DNA of 64,000 nt, taken from contig JBIPSI010000019.1 in NCBI GenBank assembly GCA_044070495.1, positions 1 to 64,000 of the forward strand, given 5' to 3'. This stretch comes from Spirulina sp. (lineage in GTDB: Bacteria > Cyanobacteriota > Cyanobacteriia > Phormidesmidales > Phormidesmidaceae). Below the pieces are notes generated by a model, which made no database searches, had not been told where the DNA came from, and saw only the letters and a program-made list of their open reading frames with translations. The translations under genes and the position numbers were made by a program. Shown in pieces: positions 58,562 to 64,000 of this stretch; positions within the stretch are counted from its first letter, which is position 1, and each line of letters opens with the position of its first letter.

Positions 58562-60654
58562 TGAGGTAAATATTGATCAAATTGTCTTAGACTATCTGTG
58601 CTTTGATACTCTTGCGGACGAATTTGTCGCAACACAATTGCAGCTTGTAGTGGATCTCTAGTGATGAGTTGCAGAGCCTTGTTAGGCTCTGATAAAAATT
58701 CAAAACTGAGCGATGTAATCTCGGTTGCCCCTTCACCACCTTGGCCGTAATATCTGGATGTATATTGACCTGTGGCTTCGTATGTACCTCGGTATCGACT
58801 TTCCGTCGGCATACCGCCTTTTTTGCCTTTGAGGGGGTTATGGCCGACCCGATTGCCACCACCATTTGCAGCGTGACGTGATCTCAACAACAACTGATTC
58901 TCATGCCACAAATCACTGGATATGTTCTCCTCAACATAGTGACCAATTTCATGTGCAATGAGATTAGGTTTCTCGTTATAGCCAATGGTGATAACACCTG
59001 TAAGCTGACCAGGACGCTCGTATCCTGCTAATAATTTGATTCCCATGCCAACAGTATTATCTGCTTTAATACTTTTCCGAGTTGTGACCTGTATTTGAGG
59101 TGGATTTAGTTGCTCAAGAATTTGGGGTTCAATAAGTCGCTTGATGAATGTTTCGGCTGTCTGAAGGCGTCCTTCTAAAGCATTTCGTTTAACTCCATTG
59201 GCTTCAAGATCTTGACGAGAAGCATTACCCATAAAAAGGCGCGTTTTCTTAGTGACAATTTGAACATTATCCAGAATTGAGCCATCATTTTTCCACTGAG
59301 ATTCTCTTTGCTGCCCTTGTTCTAAATCGTCATCGTCTACGTCATGAGCAACAAACATGTCCTGATTTTGATCAGGATGGATGAGGTACTGTATCGTTGG
59401 CATTTGCTGCAACGCTGTAGCAAACTGCTGCTTCACATTATTTGCAAGATAGGCTTGAGGCAAAGCAACGTTTTCTCGTTCTTTCAGATAATAATCGTGA
59501 ACTCTAGTAATATATCCAAGTCCTTTTTCTTGCTCGAAATCGGCGCAGCAATTGCTATAGAAATTAAGAAATTTAGCTTTAAATTCTTGATCGCTTTGAT
59601 TGATTTCTGTTGATACTGTACCAAGCAAGCCATCAATGCTTGTAACATCAATAGTGTTGCGATCTAGCAATTGGACAAAATCTCCAGAGATATCTTGATC
59701 GTCAGATTGTTGTGCCTGCGCCTCAAGATAGTCATAGAATTCCTGTGCGAATCTTTGGGAAACTTCCGTATAACCAGGAGATTGACGAGCATCCATTTCA
59801 TTAAAACGGCTCCGAGTCAGTGATTGAAGACTATCAATTGGATCGCCAACTTTGGCTTGAATTCTGACCGGTGCAGTAGCAGCCCCGTTTTGTTGAATGA
59901 CATGGGTAAGCTCATGAGCAATGAGCTCCTGCCCATTTCGACTGCTGGGCTGATAGGCCCCTTGGCGGAAGAAAATATCTTGCCCGGTGGTAAAAGCCTT
60001 AGCCTGGATGGATCGATTGAGTTGGTCAGCTTGGCTATCCGCATGGATGGTGACGCCGCTAAAGTCGGCTCCCATGGCTTGGCCCATTTGTTTTTGCAGG
60101 TTGGGGTCTAGGGCTTGGCCGCTGCCCCTAGCCTGGGAAATAGCGGATTCTAAAGATTCTGAGGCTGGCCCACCTGCCACAGCTTCGTTGGCGGGGCGCA
60201 TTTGCAGTTCGTCTTCTTCCGGGATATTCCGCTGCAAAATGGGTTTCATTTGCAGCTCTTCTTCTTCGGGCATCTCCAGCCGTTGAAGCATGGGCGACCT
60301 TTGTAGTTCGTCTTCTTCCAAAGCATCTCGCTGGAGGGGGGCATTGGCTTGGGGGGAGTGAATCTGCTGCACCACCTGGCTGGCTACCCGGTCGGCCTCC
60401 TGTTCGTACCTATCGCCCGGTGCGCCGATGGTGAGCTTGGGTTGAATCGGCTGGCTGCTCGTGCCGGTTGGAGCTTGGATGGAAAAGGTCAGGAAAGATG
60501 CCTGATTAAATATCGGGCCAGGGGCGGCGAGAGCCTGATCCGCTGGGGTCTGAGCCTCTGGGGTGGGCGCAAAGGGGCGAGGCTGAAAAGGGTTAGATCG
60601 CTGAGCCGCCGGGGGCTGAAAAGACTGGTCTTTGCGAGATGGATGTTCTTTCAT
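58558..60654 (-). CDS. DUF4157 (eCIS core domain) protein with a variable C-terminal HExxH domain
   Basis: QPKLTIGAPGDRYEQEADRVA, EEELQMK repeats, GADFSGV, AFTTGQDIFF, AHELTHVIQQ; second motif AHEIGHYVE. Confidence 0.88.
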   Translation of the reverse strand: MKEHPSRKDQSFQPPAAQRSNPFQPRPFAPTPEAQTPADQALAAPGPIFNQASFLTFSIQAPTGTSSQPIQPKLTIGAPGDRYEQEADRVASQVVQQIHSPQANAPLQRDALEEDELQRSPMLQRLEMPEEEELQMKPILQRNIPEEDELQMRPANEAVAGGPASESLESAISQARGSGQALDPNLQKQMGQAMGADFSGVTIHADSQADQLNRSIQAKAFTTGQDIFFRQGAYQPSSRNGQELIAHELTHVIQQNGAATAPVRIQAKVGDPIDSLQSLTRSRFNEMDARQSPGYTEVSQRFAQEFYDYLEAQAQQSDDQDISGDFVQLLDRNTIDVTSIDGLLGTVSTEINQSDQEFKAKFLNFYSNCCADFEQEKGLGYITRVHDYYLKERENVALPQAYLANNVKQQFATALQQMPTIQYLIHPDQNQDMFVAHDVDDDDLEQGQQRESQWKNDGSILDNVQIVTKKTRLFMGNASRQDLEANGVKRNALEGRLQTAETFIKRLIEPQILEQLNPPQIQVTTRKSIKADNTVGMGIKLLAGYERPGQLTGVITIGYNEKPNLIAHEIGHYVEENISSDLWHENQLLLRSRHAANGGGNRVGHNPLKGKKGGMPTESRYRGTYEATGQYTSRYYGQGGEGATEITSLSFEFLSEPNKALQLITRDPLQAAIVLRQIRPQEYQSTDSLRQFDQYLPH

Positions 60655-60801
60655 CGCGATTCCCTTCAGATCTGGCTGGGGCAATAGCCTACAGGTCTTT
60701 GCACCAATATGGCACAGGGAAGCACGAGAGTCTCCTAGCAAATGGTCGAACCCTGGTTAGGCGCAGTTAGTCAGTCCCACCGACGGATGCAAGGTTCTAG
60801 G

Positions 60802-60855
60802 TTAGCCTTCGCCCCCGCCCCCACCAATCCCATTAACGAGTACGACTATTTCTAA
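60802..60855 (+). repeat. Diverged duplicate of the 3' end of the DUF3086 gene (58021-58074)
   Basis: LAFAPAPTNPINEYDYF* versus LAFAPDPANPINEYDYF*. Confidence 0.9.
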
Positions 60856-60868
60856 GCCTCAGCAGGTA

Positions 60869-60914
60869 AAAAAGATCACGTCGGCTGCATTATCACCACG
60901 TAACGCAGCCGACG
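60869..60914 (-). terminator. Hairpin terminator after the DUF2252 gene
   Basis: CGTCGGCTGC ... GCAGCCGACG stem; T-run follows on the minus strand. Confidence 0.6.
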
Positions 60915-60917
60915 GTT

Positions 60918-62363
60918 TCAAAATTCGCTGGCGACTGGAATACGACCCGTACGGGCGGCAGCGGCTAGTTGATCGTAGTCCTGCTCGGTTTGGTCAGCAT
61001 AGGCCTGGGCAAATTTGACGAGGGCATCATCCAGGGCTTCGTTATCACCAAGGTAGCCAGACAACATGGCGGCATCCCCCGATTTCGCATGGGCCAGCGC
61101 CAATGCCCAGCCACATAGTCCGCAATAAGCTGGGAATCCCGATAATTGAACTTTATCCGGTTCCAGTTTGACGCCCCCTTTCATATCGCGTAGCTGGCGC
61201 ACATAGTAATGCAGACCATCCTGCTCGCCCCAGCCTAGAAAAATGTCGGGTGCCCCCTGAATTAACCGCTGTCCTACAACTACTCGGTGTCCTTCATTGT
61301 CATCAGGAAGTGTCTGTTTGGAATAATCCTTAGCATAGGGGGCTAAGACAGAGGGCTGAGCTTCTTTGACCTGCAAAAATAGGGGATCATTGATGTCCCT
61401 GCCCTGGAAGTAGATGACCCAGCAATGAGTTCCCACACTGCCCACCCCGACAACCTTGCGGGCCACGTCCAAAACGCGATATTGCGACATCAGAAAGCGG
61501 CGGTCTGCACCCATGGAGGCCAAATATTCTTGCAGAAAGAGTTCTAGTGCTTCTGCAATAGGTCGGCCCTTGCGGGTGGTTTGATCTCGCACTACCAACG
61601 GTCGATCTTCGATAATATGGTGCTGATTATCCAGCAGATCCGTCATTTTATCGAGCACTTGAAGATGGGTTCGGCTCCGTGCCTTTTCCATGACTTGAAT
61701 TGCAATTTTTCGATATTTAGGAGGCAGTTTTTCCAGAATGTCCGCTTCTTTGATGCTGGCATACCACAGATCTAAGCAGCCCATTTCGGCATACTCGCGC
61801 AGATGTTGACGGTAGGACTGCACGACTTCCCGTGCGGCGGTTTCGCAGAGATCACGATCTCCACCTAAAAACCGTGCGGCCACATTTGCACTGGCTACCA
61901 AACGCTTCAAATCCCACTCCCAGGCTCCGGGGTGAGTTTCATCAAAATCATTAATACCAAAGGTTAAATTGCGCTCGGCGGAGGCAAATAGGCCAAAATT
62001 AGACACATGCATATCGCCACAGGCTTGCACCGTTAGGCCCGTGGTGGGGGCAGGGGCGATGTCTTGAATCATGATGGCCGCTGAACCCCTAAGAAAGGCA
62101 AAGGGTGAGGTTAACATGCGGGCGTAGCGGATGGGAATTAATTCTGGAATGCGGGTGCTGGCTTGGGCTTCCAGAATGGATATCGGATCTGGTCGATTGG
62201 GAGACGGTTGATAATTTCCATGTTCAGAGCGTTTAACGGTTTGACGGAGAGCTTTCCCGGCAGCAAAACGTTCTTCTAGGGCAAGCAACGTAACCTCAGG
62301 GCTGACAACGGAACGATTGATACGCTGCTTTTTTTTAGATGAAGTTTTAGGCAAAGTCTTCAT
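60918..62363 (-). CDS. DUF2252 family (kinase-like fold) protein
   Basis: SPFAFLRGSA, CGDMHVSNFG, INDFDE, WEWDLKRL, KVVGVGSVG, YYVRQLRDMK, LAHAKSGD. Confidence 0.92.
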   Translation of the reverse strand: MKTLPKTSSKKKQRINRSVVSPEVTLLALEERFAAGKALRQTVKRSEHGNYQPSPNRPDPISILEAQASTRIPELIPIRYARMLTSPFAFLRGSAAIMIQDIAPAPTTGLTVQACGDMHVSNFGLFASAERNLTFGINDFDETHPGAWEWDLKRLVASANVAARFLGGDRDLCETAAREVVQSYRQHLREYAEMGCLDLWYASIKEADILEKLPPKYRKIAIQVMEKARSRTHLQVLDKMTDLLDNQHHIIEDRPLVVRDQTTRKGRPIAEALELFLQEYLASMGADRRFLMSQYRVLDVARKVVGVGSVGTHCWVIYFQGRDINDPLFLQVKEAQPSVLAPYAKDYSKQTLPDDNEGHRVVVGQRLIQGAPDIFLGWGEQDGLHYYVRQLRDMKGGVKLEPDKVQLSGFPAYCGLCGWALALAHAKSGDAAMLSGYLGDNEALDDALVKFAQAYADQTEQDYDQLAAAARTGRIPVASEF

Positions 62364-62855
62364 TGTTTTTGGAATCCATTCAATTATGGTTAATCAGCCA
62401 GTCAATATGGTTAATGTCAGCCTGCTAAGCTGTTAAGACCTAAAAATACATTGAATTTTCTAAATGTGCTTTAGGCTTTGTGGCTATAGTCAACACAATC
62501 TTGCAGAAGACATGTTAGCTTCCTCCGCCATGTATGAAAGGTTTAGTTAGTATAGGGTAGCGCATTATCAACTGCGCTAAAATTTTAAAGCTAAAAGTAA
62601 CAAAAGATTCTAAGAAAGCTATAGGAAACCTAGAAGGAGCCTCCATAGCCAGTAGCTCGAATAAAAGAGTTTTACCCTCGCGGCATGAATGACCTGGCTG
62701 GTAAGTCTTTTCGCTTCTCTTGTAAAGTTCTGTATCCTGCTCGCCTAGGGGCGACACAGATTTTTAAGAGAAGAAATTAAGGAATACAGACCAACGGAAC
62801 TTCCTAAGAGGTGTAGAATCTCAGCACGGATTTATAAGGTTGAAGGAACGGCCCC

Positions 62856-64000
62856 ATGCTGGATCGCATTTGGGAAGTGCTGGGTTACATCTTTGCCCTT
62901 AATGGCGAGGCGTTTCGGATTGCCACCACGGTGCCGAATGGGTTGACCTTTGCCCTGGTGATTGTGCTGCTAGCGGGCATTTCCCAGGGCATTGGCCAGA
63001 GCGTGGTGCTGTTTCTTAATCAGGTGAAGCCGTCGCGGTTTGCAATTAGCCTGCTGATCAATGCGCTGCTGTTCACGGGTGGCTTTCTGGCCCTGGGGCT
63101 GAGCACCTGGCTGGTAACGCTGCTGCCGGGAGCGACCCTGGTTCCCCCCAGCTACATTGTGATTGTGCTGGGTGCGGCCTACGCACCGTTGCTGTTCAGC
63201 TTTTTGGGGGCCTTGCCCTACCTGGGTCTGCCGATTTTGAATATTCTCTCCATCTGGCACCTGTTGGCCATGGTGGTTGGTTTTGGGGCGGTGACGAATT
63301 TGCCCATTAGCGATGCCTTCCGCTATGTGGGGCTGGGCTGGGTGCTGCTGCAAGTGTTGCAAAACACCGTTGGTCGTCCCATTGCCAAGCTGAGCCGGGG
63401 CATGGCCAACCGCGCCGCCGGGGTGGATCTGGTCACCAGTCATCGGGGGTTGTCGGCCTCCATGCAGGATCGGCTCGACCAGGTGCCCACCCGCTGGCAG
63501 GAGGAACTGAATCAGCGCATGGCTGCCCTCAACCAGGGGGATGTGGTGGCGGCGGTGATGGGCAATGATCCACCCACGCTGGCAATGGCGGGCGTTGGGG
63601 GATCGGGGGCGACGGTGTTGGGCGCGATGTTGCCCACTGCCGATGAGTCTGCCAGCCAGGAGCGAAGCTGGAGTGGCACGGTGAAGGCCGTCCTAGGCGT
63701 GGTGGCGATGGTGCTGCTCACCCTGCTGATGTTGACGCTGTTGCAGCCCCTACGACAGTGGTGGTTTGGCTGGTTTTCCACCTTTCCCGATCTGGTGCAG
63801 TTCGTGCTGAATTTGGTCTGGGTGGGCGCGGTGGCGCTGGTGGTGGCGGGGCTGCTGGCTCCCTTAGAAACCCTGGGCTGGTGGGCCGGTTGGTACGAAG
63901 ATGATGTGAACACCACGGTGAATGCGGGGGAGTTGGCCCAGGCTCCGGCCCCGAATCAGACCTTTTCCCGCTACGTGGTGTATTTGGACGGCATCGGCAA
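62856..64000 (+). CDS. Multi-pass membrane protein, partial (cyanobacterial family often labelled CAAX protease); runs off window
   Basis: Hand translation MLDRIWEVLGYIFALNGEAF...AGISQGIGQSVVLFLNQVKPSRF...LAPLETLGWWAGWY...RYVVYLDGIG; AAGGA RBS. Confidence 0.7.
   Translation, partial: MLDRIWEVLGYIFALNGEAFRIATTVPNGLTFALVIVLLAGISQGIGQSVVLFLNQVKPSRFAISLLINALLFTGGFLALGLSTWLVTLLPGATLVPPSYIVIVLGAAYAPLLFSFLGALPYLGLPILNILSIWHLLAMVVGFGAVTNLPISDAFRYVGLGWVLLQVLQNTVGRPIAKLSRGMANRAAGVDLVTSHRGLSASMQDRLDQVPTRWQEELNQRMAALNQGDVVAAVMGNDPPTLAMAGVGGSGATVLGAMLPTADESASQERSWSGTVKAVLGVVAMVLLTLLMLTLLQPLRQWWFGWFSTFPDLVQFVLNLVWVGAVALVVAGLLAPLETLGWWAGWYEDDVNTTVNAGELAQAPAPNQTFSRYVVYLDGIG

Noticed and set aside
62394..62406. 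TCAGCCAGTCAA match to the sequence after the DUF3086 stop (~58078)
   Set aside because: A single 12-bp match without flanking similarity could be chance.

Overview
Cyanobacterial chromosomal segment (psbI, GUN4, Uma2, XisI, DUF3086/DUF3119; the gene and repeat content suggests a filamentous Leptolyngbya/Nodosilinea-like strain, which is inference). The backbone is mostly housekeeping or conserved genes: SUI1, SLH+GHL10 hydrolase, isoaspartyl peptidase, cutA, GH38 alpha-mannosidase, psbI, LptD-like protein, nadA, mltA, dprA, uvrB, GUN4, minD/minE and guaA. It also carries a two-component system plus glycosyltransferase/ABC-exporter cluster (26.8-36.0 kb). I found no rRNA, tRNA or CRISPR array. 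Three accessory features stand out. (1) A ~5 kb island (36.0-41.1 kb) in which intact, orphan and truncated toxin-antitoxin/XisHI/HTH modules are separated by GTAG-type REP palindromes and 133-bp REP doublets, with gene truncations falling at the repeat edges. (2) A ~2.7 kb insert carrying a DUF4157 (eCIS-associated) protein with an AT-rich HExxH C-terminal domain, bracketed by a diverged duplication of the last 17 codons of the DUF3086 gene. (3) A probable IS66-like end that has cut an amine oxidase gene at the left edge. Several MITE-like elements are present, two with clear target duplications, and repeats have been absorbed in frame into coding genes. All family assignments come from motif recognition by eye; no database searches were run.
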